Positions 22,851-36,214 of a DNA stretch of 64,000 bases are shown one piece after another. Under the pieces are notes generated by a model. The model made no database searches. It was not told the DNA's origin and saw only the letters and a list, made by a program, of their open reading frames with translations. How positions within the stretch are numbered: position 1 is the first letter of the stretch; each line of letters begins with the position of its first letter. The position numbers and the translations under genes are program-made. Source of the stretch: Narcine bancroftii (taxonomy: Eukaryota); contig NC_091482.1 in the NCBI RefSeq assembly GCF_036971445.1, positions 20,336,001-20,400,000 on the forward strand, read 5' to 3'.

Positions 22851-24353
22851 AAGATTTCCATGTCTTGAACTTGCAAGCAAAATTGAAACCCATCGATTAA
22901 AGTATCAGTGACTGTATTTCAAAATTTGATGCAGTACAGTTGAGGAAAATAGGGAATTTGTACTTTATGTACAGATTGGAACCATTTTATGTTTCTTTAA
23001 TAACCTGGATTAGGTTTGGAGAATACAATTTAGATGGAAACAAACATGGAAATTTAAAAAAAAAAACTGAGGATGATAATGACTTTGGGATGAACCAAGG
23101 AAATGCGATAGGAGAGTGGTAGACATAAATGAATTAGTACAAAGAACAAGGAGAAGCAATTTTTGTTTACATGTGCATGGTTGAGTTATTAAAATGGTTA
23201 GTGTTGAAAGAATTGGGTGAAATTGAAGTGGGATTGTTCTCCATGAATCAGAAATAGAGAGAAGATTTGATGGAAGCATTAATATTTTTATTGAGTAGAT
23301 AACTGTCGCATGTGCTGAAAGACATTGCCCGATGCCATACACAGTAAATAAAACCTGTGATCTGGAATTCAAGCAACTGGCAGCCTCAAGCAAACGGTGT
23401 GAATATAAAACTTGGAACCCCAAGAATTAATTCAGCTTAATTGAAGAGTTTCAATTAGGATACAAGGGACTTCAATGAAGTAAGATGGATAAAATAATCA
23501 CAAATATTTCTGCATTTTGTAGAGTGCTTAGTAGTGGGAAATGGTGTTTTAAAGAACGAACGAACATTAGGGCAAATAGAATTTCTGTGTTATGATTCTA
23601 AAATAGTTTAGAGATTTTAAAATTTTGCAGTATTGCAAGAGGTGAATTATAAAGAATAAAAGAAAATAAAAATTGTAAAAGGAGCAATTGAGAAGTTTAA
23701 TTTAGTGGTTTCATATACATATGGCTTGAAGTCTGAACTCCAGAGGGGCAGTTCTCCAACTTTGCTCCAGATTATTTGAAATTTAATTTATTTCTTGCAA
23801 CAGACATTATAATTAATGTTTGACACCTCATGTGTTGGAGAACTGCAAAGCTGCCTTTTAATTCTTGAGGATTTTTAAAAGGTATCCTCTTCTACAAAGA
23901 GGTGGAAATGTGACAGAAACCCCCCCCCCCCCAGAAAATGCTGGAAACACTGTGCCAGGCAACATCTATGGAAAGATGCACTTGCTGAGGTCTTTGCCTC
24001 CAGATGATGATAGTGATTTTGAAGGATGTTATATGTGTGGTTTTTTTTTAAATAAAAAATTATTTCTTATCTAATATACTGCTTGCTTCTAAAATTGGTT
24101 GTAGGTGGATTTTTTTGGGGTGTTTCGGATGGTCTTGTGCTGAATCTACGGGGAATGTTTTGGCGTACAAGTTGACCCAGTTCATGAGGGTTTCAAGACT
24201 CGCCTCTTATGCTAATATTTCTCTTTCTTCGGATGCTAGCTGATCTGCCTATTTTTTCCAGCACTTATTTTTGCATCATGAGCCAGGCAGAATTTTAAAA
24301 CATGGTATTTTACATTTAGTATCTTCGTTAAACTGCTTTTAATCTTTCTTTAG

Positions 24354-24496
24354 GTATCCTTCTGACTATTTTGTGCAGATCATCCAATTTGATTTCTTCA
24401 ATTATGCTGGGATTCATCGGCCTGTTCTACTGTATACAACACCTAGTGTCTTTATAGATGATGTAACAGTTATTACAGACATCCAGAATGATATAG
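24354..24496 (+). CDS. GUSB: Beta-glucuronidase exon 4 (not in ORF track)
   Basis: [30 protein letters not shown]; tttAG and GTAAAT; 143 nt, phase 2-1. Confidence 0.97.
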
Positions 24497-25319
24497 GTAA
24501 ATATCAAACTTTTCATAATTCATTGTGAGAATTTTGGATGTCGCTGGCACCTGTTGCTCATCCCAAGTTCCATGCGAGAGGGTGATGATGGAGCTATCAC
24601 CTTGAACTGCTGTAATTGTTCAGTAAAGGTCCGCCCACAGTGATGTTGAGCATTCATGGAGTTGGACTCAGCAACAATGAAGGATTGAGTAACTCGGTGT
24701 TGTTGGCAAGCACCTGAAGCCCTTTACCTCTGTGTGCAAGAACAGTCTTGATGTGTAGCTCCAGAGCATGTTGTAGATAGTACAGTCTGTGACTACTATA
24801 TTTGAAGGGTGGAGGGAATTAATGTTTTGAGATGATTGATAAGGCACCAAACAAGATTGTTTTGTCCTCGATGGTTTTGCTTCAGGTGTGGCTGAACTGT
24901 GCACTTATTCAGGAAAATGAAGAGTATTCCATTGTGCTACTTGTAGATGGTGGAAATAGGTATAGTATCAGATGCTGATGTGCTTTCCCCAAATTAACCA
25001 TATAGGACCATAAAGCTTTAGATGTGCATTTGCAGCCACAGTAATTATGTGGTTTATTTATTTCAGTTTCTAGTCAGTACAAATAGTAGGACATTTGCTC
25101 TTGTTAGAGTTATTGAATGCTATGGATAAATGGTTAGACTCTTTTTGGGAGTCATAATTGCTGGGAATTTATTTTGGCATGAATGTTACTTGTCACATCA
25201 GCCTGTCCCTAAATGTTGAATTGGTCTTTTTGTAAGCACACATGGGCTGCTTAATTTGCTGAGATGCAAAAAGAACTGAACTTTAGGGTAGATTCACCAC
25301 ACTAACCTTGTGACAAAAC

Positions 25320-26525
25320 CAAGATAGTAAATGTCAGTGGTCAGAAAAATGCTGGAGGAGATTCTGAGAGAGAGGATTTGGATAGTCAGGGATTGAATGG
25401 AGGTAATCAAAATGACTTCTTGCACAAGTGATAGTATCAGAAATGTGGATTAATGAGGGCAGAGATGTTGTATGTACAGACTTTAACTAGGACTTTAACA
25501 AGGTCCGATGTGGCAGGTTAGTCAGGAAGGTTGGGTCACTTGGAGTTGAAGGGGAGCTGTCCTAGTGGTTGAATGGAAGGCACAGAAGGTACCAGTAGAG
25601 GGATTTTATTTTTCTGATTGGAGGCCAATGACCAATATTGTGCCACACAGGTTTGTACTGGGTTCACTGTTGTTAACTAATATTAAAGATTTGGAGTGTG
25701 GTTAACATGATAAGTAAATATGCAGATAAAATTGGTGGTGCAGTGGAACAGTGATAAAGGATAGCTAAATAGACAACAGGATCTAGATCAGATAGCAAGG
25801 TGGACAAGGAATGGCAAACTGAATTTGACAAGTGTGAGATGTACACTTTGGAAAGTTAATCAAGGAAGGACTTGCGTGGTGAATAGGAGAGTCCGAGAGG
25901 TATTGTAGTACAGAAACTAATGGGTTCAGCAGCCTGAGGCATCTTGGGTAAATAAGATGAAGAAGTAGGTATTTGGCACGCTTACCTTCATTGTGTGAGG
26001 TGTTGCGTACCAACATTGGGGCCTCCTGAATCAGGAGTGTATGGGATTGGTGAAGTCACACTGAGAATACTGTGTGCAGTTCTGGTTGACATCAAGAGGT
26101 ACAGAGGATGTGCTGGGACTAGAGAGCTTGAGTTAAAGGGAGAGGTTGGATAGGCTGGGTCTTTATTCCCTAGAGCTGACGGGTGATCTTATACTTTAGA
26201 AAAATCATTAGGGTCATGGATAAAGTGAAAATGGAATCTTTTTTCCAGGCTAGATAATTGTAGAACTTAACATAAGTGAGGATGAGAAGGGAGCTGAGGG
26301 GTCACTTTTTTTTCCCTCGGAGGGAGTGCCATATCTGGAATGAGCTGCCAAAGGAAACTAGATGTGGGTACAATTTTGACATTCAAAGTCATTTGGACAG
26401 ATATAGACAGGAATGGCTTAGAAGTTTATGAACCAAATGCAGGCAAAGGGACTAGCCCAGAATGCTAACTTGGTTGACATGGATAGGTTGGGGCTGAAGG
26501 GCCTTTTCCATGATACGATTCTGTG
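25320..26525 (+). mobile_element. CR1-like LINE, degraded 3' half
   Basis: DVVCTDF, VPHRFVLGSLL, SKYADK, EYCVQFW motifs and a CR1 3'UTR. Confidence 0.75.
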
Positions 26526-26534
26526 TTGGAGCAC

Positions 26535-26700
26535 CGCAGAGGATTTGCTGTTAGCGATGTTGCCATACCGCTCCAGCAACATGTGACCCTCATTTTGGAT
26601 GCTGTTTGTTTGCAGGTCAGGGTTTCCTCCCATATCCCAAAGATGTGACAGTAGGTTAGTCGTCCCAGTAGCATAGATAAGTGGCAGGAGAATCAGGGTT
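26535..26700 (+). mobile_element. Degraded V-SINE
   Basis: GTTAGCGATGTTGCC...GGTTTCCTCCCATATCCCAAAGATGTG core. Confidence 0.55.
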
Positions 26701-28215
26701 GGAGTAGTTGGGCATGTGATAATAGATTACAGAAAATGAGAGGGGTGGGGGAGAGAGAGAACCAGTGGGAACATTCTTAAGACACGAAGTTAAATGGCTC
26801 CTTACAGTATCATACAACTGATTATATGAAATGGTTGGGACCGGCTTCTATAATCAGATAAACAGTTTTTTTGGATAACATTTTTAAAAACAGCCCAGCA
26901 GCAACAGTAAATCACTTGTATCAATGTTTAAACACAAGGAAAGGGTTTTTAAGCATTAATGTTTAATTCTCCCCCAAAGAATGCTGGCTGCAACGCTACC
27001 TCCTATCCCTGATACATCCCCATTGCTGCCGCTGATCACCGAGACAACCCAACCACCGCCGCCAATCCCCAACGTGTCTCTACTGCTGATCCCCGGGGAG
27101 GCTTCCCGGGCTCTTGGAACACTCACTGATGAGTCGGCGGGCCCCTATCTCCCCAGTCACCAGAGCTCCCGATGGTGATGTCTGAGTCGCGACTCTGAAT
27201 CCTCCCCTAGGCCTAGGAGAGTCTCGTGTGCGTGCACGGTAGTACGCTGAGGGGAGGGTTCAGAATCGGCATCTGGCCTTCTGCTGTGCCAAGGAGGGAG
27301 GGAGGGAGGGGAGGGAAAACCACTGAACTCGAGGTCCCGCTCCTGCGTCTCCTTGATGACACTGGGAGGAGAGATTCTTCAGGCTGCTGTGGCCGGGAGA
27401 TAGTGGCACGCAGTTTGAGAGGGAGACTTGGGAAGTCAATAGGGGAAGGTAAAGAACAAATGGAAAGAGGGAGGGGAGGGAGTTACCTGAAACGAGGACA
27501 TTCATCGTTCTAATTTCATGTCGAGTGAATTTTTCTCAACCTGTGAGGTCAGTTCGGCTCTGAAAGAATTTTGGATAGATGAGGATTTCAGATTTGTTTT
27601 GGATATCCTCAATGATCTGAACTTTTAAAAAAATTCAGATAAATGAGGTTTTTGGAGAATCCGATTTCAGATAATTGGATGATATTCGTGAAGCAGCCAG
27701 CGATTGTGCTGAAGAACTCTTGTTGGGTCCAGGAGCTGGGCTGATTGACCCCCAAGTACCATAACCATCTTGACTTCAACCATGGGAGAGTTTTCCATTT
27801 GATGCACATTAAGTTTTGTCAGAGCTCCTTGGTACGACGCTCTGTCAAAAGCGTAAAAGGTAATTCTTGTCACTTCAATTCTGACATACAACCCTTTGGT
27901 ACCTATTTGGAATAATGCCTGTGCTGAGATCTGGTGCCCAAACTGGGCATTAATTGTTGAGTAACAGGCCTTTTTGACCCATCATATCCATCACAACCAT
28001 ATGAGTTAATCCTATTCACTGGCATTCTTCCAAGTGCTCATCCAGATGCTGTATAAGTTTGAGAGTGCATGTGTTCTGATTGGGGAAATTGATTGGATTT
28101 ATTCTTTTTGTGAATAGGGCATGCTCTGTGGTATTGTATCCTATGATGCGATGTTAATATTCATACTAGTTCTAGGACACAAAAAAAATAGCTTACACTA
28201 TTTTTCGTCTTCTAG

Positions 28216-28409
28216 GAATAATAACTTATGAAGTGTCTATACATGGAAGTGCACACTTTTCATTGTCACTTAAGTTACGCGATCACAGAGGGCAGGTTGT
28301 TGCTTCTAATATTGATGGGCGTCCATTTGGACAACTTAAATTGCATGATCCTAACCTATGGTGGCCATACCTCATGCATGAGAAACCTGCGTATCTTTAC
28401 AATCTTGAG
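28216..28409 (+). CDS. GUSB: Beta-glucuronidase exon 5
   Basis: GIITYEVS...LWWPYLMHEKPAYLYNLE; ttctAG and GTAAGA; phase 1-0. Confidence 0.96.
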
Positions 28410-28719
28410 GTAAGATTAGCAATATTTTCTGAGTAGTATTAAAAAAAATACTGGTCCTAGTTTGGTCTTTTAGAAAATAAAATAGCGTGGACTTGGTAAC
28501 TAACTAGTTGTAGTTGATTAGCTCTAGATATGGTAGTTCAATGCAACATTCTCCAGGTCTGTAGAATAATCGGAACAGCTTTTAATCCTCTTCCAAAATC
28601 TTTTAAGTTCTTGAATGATTTTCATGCACGTCTTATCTCAATTTTCTCGGGATTTCCTTCCCTTCTGAGTGTAAATTATTGTGCATTAGCTCAGCATTCG
28701 TGCTGCCAGTGAAATTATT

Positions 28720-29870
28720 TATAAATTTAAAACCACAAATAATTCACCTATTTGATACTAATATAAATCAAATCCAAATACATGTGGCATTTATAAAAAG
28801 AAAATAAAGAAATGCCCCCTATATACCCCTCTCCCTCTATCCCCTTAACTAAACAAAAGATGACAAGAGCGCTTATTACCTTAAGTTTCTTTTAATACTA
28901 CTGAGACATTAAGGATAAAGGGAATGTCAGAGTTTCATTTTAAATATTCACACCCATACTTTGTAAATATGGGCACCATATACTTCCAAAATACATGACA
29001 TTTATCTCTTAAAAGTAATTTTCTCAAGTGGTACACAACTCTGATACAGATTTGGGTATGGAAAGATGGTGAGCTGAAGTTCAGACTTCCAAGTTATGGC
29101 AATACATTTTCTTGCTATTGCTAAAGCAATTTGAACAAACTTCTTAATGTACGTATTCAATTTAGGTTTAACCCCTCTAATTTCACCCAATAAAAATAAC
29201 ATTAGGTCCTGAGGGAATTTGACCCCAATAAATTACCTATTTCTAACCAAAAAGATTTAACTCTAGGACACTGCCAAGTAGAATGCAAAAATGCTCCAAT
29301 TTCTAGCCGCATCTAAAATTAAAATCCGAAAAGATCTGGTTCAATTAAAAAAAAACTTTTGAGGTGTCGCATAAAACTATATTGTACTTTTCATATGTTC
29401 TCGACATAACTCAATTCAGTTGAGTTCATCTATTTGTTTATTCAAATCTACTTCCCATCTTTGTCTAGATTTATGAACCCCTACTTTACGGGCTTTCTTT
29501 TGTAATAACTGAAATAAATTTCTTTATATCTTCATTATGCCACACAATGATTCTAGTTCCATCCCTATTGGCAATAACGGCTCTTGACCAAAATTTGTAT
29601 TCCATCTTTTCAAATCTTCCCTTATTCTTTTTAATAATGGAGAATAATTTAACTTAAATAATCTGGTTCAACTCAAAAACCTAAATATTCCTTCATCTGA
29701 TCTACGAAAACCAATTACTCCCTTACAATGTGCATAATCCCCATTTACTAAGGGCATCATTTCACTTGTTTCCCCCAATTGAATTTATCACAATGTTCTT
29801 TTAATCTAAATTTAAGTTGTCGCAAAGAATTTAACGGATCTGTTAAATAAATCAAAACATCATCCAAGCT
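28720..29870 (-). mobile_element. Degraded L1-clade 3' fragment with internal deletions
   Basis: IALAIARKCIAITWK...VPLEKITF (29002-29202) and DDVLIYLTDP near 29850. Confidence 0.8.
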
Positions 29871-30068
29871 GCTTTCTTGTTAATGATTGTTTGCATTTAT
29901 TTGAGGCTGTATTTCTGTAAACTTTCTCCAATGAATTTTTATGTGGACGAGTTATTACTGATGCACCGCTAGATCTCTCAAACCAATTAAAATTATAATG
30001 TAATTTGGATGTGATCTGGAAGCCAGTGATTTTATTGGACCTGCTATCTTAATTTTTTTTTAACCTAG

Positions 30069-30221
30069 GTTCATATGAAGAGTAGAAATGGTAGCACATC
30101 GTTTGAAGACTTTTATACATTAGCAGTGGGAATTCGCAAAGTCCAAGTTACCAAGACCCAGTTCCTTATCAATGGAAAGCCATTCTATTTCCATGGAGTA
30201 AATAAGCATGAAGATTCAGAC
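30069..30221 (+). CDS. GUSB: Beta-glucuronidase exon 6 (not in ORF track)
   Basis: [38 protein letters not shown]; cctAG and GTGAGC; 153 nt. Confidence 0.97.
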
Positions 30222-30690
30222 GTGAGCATGAGTAAAATTTCTATTTAAATTGTTTTGTATCTCCCCTGGTCTGGTTACGTTTTAGGTTATTAAAGTTTTC
30301 TTTCTATTTTGACAAATATCATCGGGCAGTAGTTATTTATTTTAAAAAATGTGATTAATGTAATTGTAACGTTCATCCATTGAAGAGAATAAATTCACAC
30401 CTAGGGATAACATTTAAGATCTTTATCTGTGCTGCAAATTTTGTGGGGACATTTATGTTATTCATACGCTATTTCTGCAATTAAGGATAATTGTTATTCC
30501 TAGGTGTTGGTATGCGATCTTGGGAATCGTAATCCTAAATAAATTTCTACATCCTTTAGCTACTGGATTCTATTGGAGGTATAAATCCTCAATCTGGACA
30601 TGTTTACAGGCACACAGAAATGCCATTAAAGCTTCTTGATTGTATACAAATCCTCATTAATTACCACCCCCCCCCCCCCCTCCCCACTAG

Positions 30691-30869
30691 ATGCGAGGGA
30701 AAGGACTTGACTGGTCAGTGATTATCAAGGACTTTAACCTTCTTCGATGGCTGGGAGCAAATTCATTTCGTACAAGCCATTATCCATATGCAGAAGAAAT
30801 TATGGATCTGTGTGACAAATATGGGATTGTGGTCATCGATGAATGTCCAGGCGTGGGCATTAAGGATCC
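30691..30869 (+). CDS. GUSB: Beta-glucuronidase exon 7
   Basis: [32 protein letters not shown]...VIDECPGVG (GH2 signature); phase 0-2. Confidence 0.98.
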
Positions 30870-31626
30870 GTAAGAACACTTAATTTTTTCTCGTGAGATA
30901 CTGTACTGCAATGAGGATCTTCTGGTTTGCTATTACTTTTCAAATGATATGAAATTTTGTTACTGTTGTATATGGTTCTGTGCTGTACAAATTTGTACAA
31001 CTTATTGATTGGATGAATGAAGTTGTATTTTTTTGTTGTTGTTCATGACCCAATTGTATTTGAATTGGTAGAATCCACATTTACTTTAGATCGTTTGGCA
31101 TATTGGCCACAGCAAAGTCGATAAGCATATTTTCTCTAAAGGCCGAACTTGACCACTCCTGTCAAAGTTAAATATGTCTTTTTAATGAATTTTGAAATCT
31201 TTATTTTTCTATGTGCTTAAACTTGTTTAGTTTCTTCCATTAGTGAATGCATGGTTTAGGTTAGAACATTTAGAATAGACCTCCAATGGGATTGAATAAG
31301 CCATACTGCACAAGATGCTTTAACAAGCTGATGACAACTTTCCCATTTCAAACTACAGTATCTTCATGACATTTGATTTATTCTTCAAGCATGACGGTGA
31401 CGAGATTTCTATTATTTTCATCTCTGAAAGTATTACCGTCTGAAGCAACTATAAGCAGCTTTGAAATAACTTTAGCATATTAATCAAACATGGCTTCATC
31501 ACAGAGGGGAAGATAATCCAGATTTCTTCCCTGACAGGACTGATAATTTAACTGGTTAATTGGTTTATATATAAAATCTATAGATGATATTTAATAGGTA
31601 ATGGTAACATTGCATTTTTCTTTTAG

Positions 31627-31773
31627 AGAGAGCTTTGGAAACAAGTCCCTCACTCATCATTTAGCTGTAATGAAGGAGCTGGTGCACAGAGATAAAAACA
31701 GACCATCAGTGGTGATGTGGTCTGTAGCTAATGAACCGGCTTCTGGATTGCCACCAGCTGATTCTTACTTCAA
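31627..31773 (+). CDS. GUSB: Beta-glucuronidase exon 8 (acid/base Glu in WSVANEP)
   Basis: [30 protein letters not shown]; 147 nt, phase 2-2. Confidence 0.98.
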
Positions 31774-31864
31774 GTAAGAACCAAGTGTTGCAGTGATCTG
31801 ATTTTTTTTAAAAATTACTAAATCAATCTTGCCGAATATAAATGACTTTTGCCTTTAAAAACAG

Positions 31865-31949
31865 GACTTTAATTTCATCGACGAAAGCTATGGATCCAAC
31901 GAGGCCTGTCACTTTTGTAACAGACACTGATTACGAGGTTGACAAAGCT
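31865..31949 (+). CDS. GUSB: Beta-glucuronidase exon 9
   Basis: TLISSTKAMDPTRPVTFVTDTDYEVDKA; acAG and GTGAGT; 85 nt. Confidence 0.96.
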
Positions 31950-32322
31950 GTGAGTACCGGAAAAACTGAAAGTCCAATGTTTTTCTTTTCTGCGTGGGAT
32001 GTTCATATAATTAAGTGTAGCTGAACGAAACTTTTACAGAATTGGGGCGGCCAATTTGAAAATTCTTGAGATGATAGTGTATTATAGGAGATGATTACTT
32101 TTGAGATTTGAAGTGATTAAGTTAGAGAACTACATTCATTACTGTTTTTTTTTTAAAAAAAAAGGTCTGGTAGATCTGATACTTTCACAATGGTCCAAAT
32201 AGTTCTGCCATTGAAAATTGCGGAAAGGGCAGTGGTAGTTGGGCAAGTTACACTTAGGATGAAAACAAACTGATTTTTATTAAACCTTCTCTGGAAAAAT
32301 AAGTTTGGTTATGTTTTCACAG

Positions 32323-32499
32323 ATACAGTACACAGACGTTATATGTGTGAACAGCTATTTTTCCTGGTACCACGATTCTGGCCACCTGGAGGTCATTCAG
32401 TTGCAGCTAGCCAATCAATTTGAGAATTGGTATAAAAAATACCAGAAGCCAATTATTCAGAGTGAATATGGAGCAGATGCAATTGCGGGACTGCATAGC
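32323..32499 (+). CDS. GUSB: Beta-glucuronidase exon 10 (nucleophile Glu in QSEYGAD)
   Basis: [19 protein letters not shown]...[18 protein letters not shown]; 177 nt. Confidence 0.98.
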
Positions 32500-33117
32500 G
32501 TGAGTGCAGAAAACATGACTTGCCTATTAGTGTACACGTTTTTCATGTAATCAGTTGGAAATGAAAAGCAAAATTCTTCACAATTTTATGTGGATCCAAC
32601 ATCACAATGTCCCATTGCAACTGTAAACTTGAACATTTGGGAATTTAGGAAAAAAAAACTAGTCATTAGTCCCTCAGGCTGAGGAGGCTTGCCATCCACA
32701 GAATGCTACAGCACAGAGAACAGGCTATTCAGCCCTCCAGTCTGAACCATCCACTTCATTTTTACCAGATATGAAAGCAAATGCACACAATAGATGGTGC
32801 TATAAGGTTAGTGAACACAATAAGGGTGCCAAGCTGAGCTGCAATATGAGCAAATGGACCAGATAACGTACAAAATTCTCATAGAATATTATGTCAACAA
32901 CAGTCACTCCCTGCCAAAAAAAATTGATTGACACTTTGCGAGGCGATTTGTATTATTTCTGCCTCAGAATGCGGGGGGTGAAATTGCAGGATCTTAAATG
33001 GCAGTGCTGGCTCGACAGGCCAAAGGGCCTACTCCAGCTCCTATTGTCTATAAAGTGAATGAAGGGGGCATGGGCAATTACTCCAAATAGTAGGATGATA
33101 TGCACTTCTCTCTTCAG

Positions 33118-33253
33118 GATCCTCCAGTGATGTTCACAGAAGAGTATCAGCAAGCTGTAATGCAAGAATATTTCAAAGTATTTGATGAAAAAAGGAAAGC
33201 CTACTTGATTGGAGAATTAATTTGGAATTTTGCAGACTTCATGACAGTCCAAT
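33118..33253 (+). CDS. GUSB: Beta-glucuronidase exon 11
   Basis: [11 protein letters not shown]...[14 protein letters not shown]; ttcAG and GTGAGT; 136 nt. Confidence 0.97.
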
Positions 33254-33491
33254 GTGAGTCATAGCTTGAAACCATCTAACTGACCCTCCTTCTAAGTGCC
33301 GTGTACTTAATGTGTGTGTAAATGCAGAAGTTGTTTGATTGCCAGTCTACACTGCACAGAATTTTACATTTATAAAGTTCACTAGGGTTTGGTGGTTGGA
33401 AGGTAAATTGTCACTGCTCGGAGAGGGGGCCACCACCATTTGCAATGCAACTTTTCAGGGGATGCTAAACATCTCTTTAATTTGCTTCCAG

Positions 33492-33637
33492 CCAAGACAC
33501 GTGTTGATGGGAACAAGAAAGGGATCTTCACTCGGCAGCGACAACCTAAAATGTCAGCTTTCATGCTTCAGAATCGCTATTGGAAACTGGCAAATGAGAC
33601 CACATTCATTTCTCAGAGGTATTATGGCAGTGGCTAA
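33492..33637 (+). CDS. GUSB: Beta-glucuronidase exon 12 (last coding exon, TAA stop)
   Basis: [34 protein letters not shown]; spliced CDS totals 1914 nt = 637 aa plus stop. Confidence 0.97.
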
Positions 33638-33763
33638 CAGTGAAAATACTACTGTGTGAAATTATTTCATGAATGGTTTACGTAGCAGTATCATTTCTAA
33701 ACAACTTCGTGTAAAAGTCTTCAAGCAGTACAACAGGGGCAGGCACCTTATCCCTACTTGTTG

Positions 33764-34142
33764 ATTAAAAAAATGTTCATTGAAAATACCCATTTTGTAA
33801 GCATCAATCCTATTGTTTGGCAGATTCTGTTGCCAAAATGAAGAATACAACATCTGTCAAAGGGATGAAGAACACTTTTGTACAAGCAAGTCTCAATTTC
33901 AACAACCCTATTCCCCAATAAAATAGGTAAGAGAAAATTCAAGTTCTTGGCAGGTTTTTAACCTTTAATTTTCTGCAGAGCCCCACTGACCTGTAGCCAA
34001 TTTCAAAATTGAACCTGCATTTACAAATTCAGCTGGCAGCTCATTCCATACACCCACTATTCTCTGCATGAAGATGTTCCCTTTACACTTTTGCCCTTAA
34101 CCCACATCCTTTTTGCCCATCATTTCCTTGCATTGTAATAAA
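33764..34142 (+). terminator. Candidate GUSB polyadenylation signals
   Basis: ATTAAA 33764-33769, AATAAA 33917-33922 and AATAAA 34137-34142 downstream of the stop; which is used is unknown. Confidence 0.45.
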
Positions 34143-34248
34143 CACTCTGGAAATGTTAGTATTTAACTGGAATTACAGAAATTCACACTAGGCTGACTTT
34201 GAGATGTTCAAATTACAAATGGCATGATGCAAAGTTTTTCACTTAAGC

Positions 34249-34331
34249 CAGTGGTTTTCAACCTTTTTCTTTCCACCCACCTTAAGCAGTCCCTTAGTAA
34301 GAGCACCTGTAGCATAGGAAGAAAAAGGTTG
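34249..34331. mobile_element. Internally deleted hAT MITE monomer
   Basis: CAGTGGTTTTCAACCTTTTTCTTTCCAC...GAAAAAGGTTG; right TIR incomplete. Confidence 0.7.
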
Positions 34332-34379
34332 TGGACAAATGATTTAACCCCTTTGTTTCAAATTGCAATATTTCCTATA

Positions 34380-34625
34380 GCTTTATAGCCATTTACGGAG
34401 CGGAAACAGGCCACGTCGGCCTTTCGAGTCCGCACCGATTCACTAGAACAACTCCACTACCTCCAACCCCCTCACCTCCATGTACACATCCAACCTGCTC
34501 TTAAATGACAGAAGGGACCCTGACGCGACTATCTCAGTCGGATGTTCATTCTATTCTGCCACCACTCGCTGAGTGAAAAAGCCACCTCTAATATTTCTCC
34601 TAATGTGTTGCCCCCTGACCCTTCA
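34380..34625 (-). mobile_element. CR1-like 3' end
   Basis: Reverse-complement CR1 tail (GAAACAGGCC..CGGCC...CTCTTAAATG...ACCACTCGCTGAGTGAAAAA). Confidence 0.65.
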
Positions 34626-35572
34626 CAGTTTGTTTTTCAGAATGGACTTTTACTGAAACAAGTTTAAGCTAATGGGAAATTGAATATACAGATTCAAGTT
34701 ACCGAGCTCAAATAAGTTCATCTTAAAATAACACAAATGTATTTTTAAACTTGTCGACAACCAATAAAAATTGACTGAAAGAATGTGGCAGACAAAGCAT
34801 GGTTTCATCAGAATGTTAACAGGTTTAGGTAAATTTCCTTTTATAATTTCAGCATAAATGGTGCTCTGGGAAACAGGAAAAATGCAATCATTCATGGTCA
34901 TGCTCCAATTCATAGTTTGAGGTTTCTTAATTCTACATATTAGTTCAATCAGAACTTTAAATCTGCATGAGGTAATTTTAGACACATCACTGCACAACAA
35001 ATTTTTTTCCTAAAAAAAAAATGGGGACATTTTTGGGGACCAAAAATAATTTCAGAAATATTAACTTTTATTAAAATTACCTGTCTGCATTGATGGATTC
35101 CAGTTGCCCAGGCACCACTTTTTCAAGGTCGTAATGCCCTGGTGAAACTTTTCACCATGCTCATCATTACCTGTAACAAGATCAGCAGGGAAGAAGTCTA
35201 AATGCAGAAAATTAATTTTCAATGATCTGTTTGAAGCATGCTGTCAATCAGCTGGATGGAGTTGCCAAGCAAATTCTCAATAACATCTTTAAATGTCTTC
35301 CAGGCATGATGGGATTGACCAAAAACACCTCACCTTGTGCGTAATACACTTAGTGATCAGCCCAGAATCCATAAAATAGAAATCCAACGGTGCCCAGGAA
35401 GCAAAATCTTAGCTGACCAGTGTAACTTAACTGCATTCCTTTACATGTCCGAACACAAGTAAAAATAACACAAATTCCCTATAACCAGGGAAAGTGTGTG
35501 TCCCCCCACGCACACACTTTGGCTTAGCAAAAATCAACATTCAAAAATGACAAGGCTCATGTAAATTCTACA

Positions 35573-35578
35573 TTTATT
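35573..35578 (-). terminator. Candidate VKORC1L1 poly(A) signal (implies ~3.4-kb 3'UTR)
   Basis: AATAAA on - followed by a GT/T-rich tract; alternatives at 38110, 37296 and 35067. Confidence 0.4.
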
Positions 35579-36214
35579 TCATACCAAAAAATTTTGTGCA
35601 ATGAATACATATTTACAAATCTTTGCTATTTAGCAAAATGATATTCCTGAACCTATGTATAAAAAACGTTCGCATCTGTGAAGGGGAACATTGCCCAGAG
35701 AGTCCACATGTGTGCTCACGAGCTTGAAGCAGCATATTAATAAATAATTCTGATGGAACATTTTATACAGATCAAGAACATAGTACTTCTGCCATGCTAG
35801 ATAGTTTACAAAAATAAAGAGCATCTGTAACCCTGTCACTTTCATAATGCCAATTTACCTTCTTTAATGGGGGGGGGGGGGGGCATTTACTTGCATTGAT
35901 CGTGATATGTAGTGATTGACCAATACCAATTGTGATGAACCTCTAGTTATATTCAATTACAGTACAGCAGGAGCGGTAAACACGGGTTTCATGCTGGACA
36001 GTGCAATATTATCAAACAAATGATGGTCTAATACAATTAGACTTCCGAGTCCTTAAATTTACCCATCGTTCTACTGCATGGACCAATACCAGGCAGTAGA
36101 ACATTTGAACCCAACGGGAATGAAAATTAATATGCCATTTATTTTGCACCAAACATGGGGAATTGCAGTTAAATAGTAGAGTTTGACTTCAAAACAGGAT
36201 CAAGATATAAAGTA

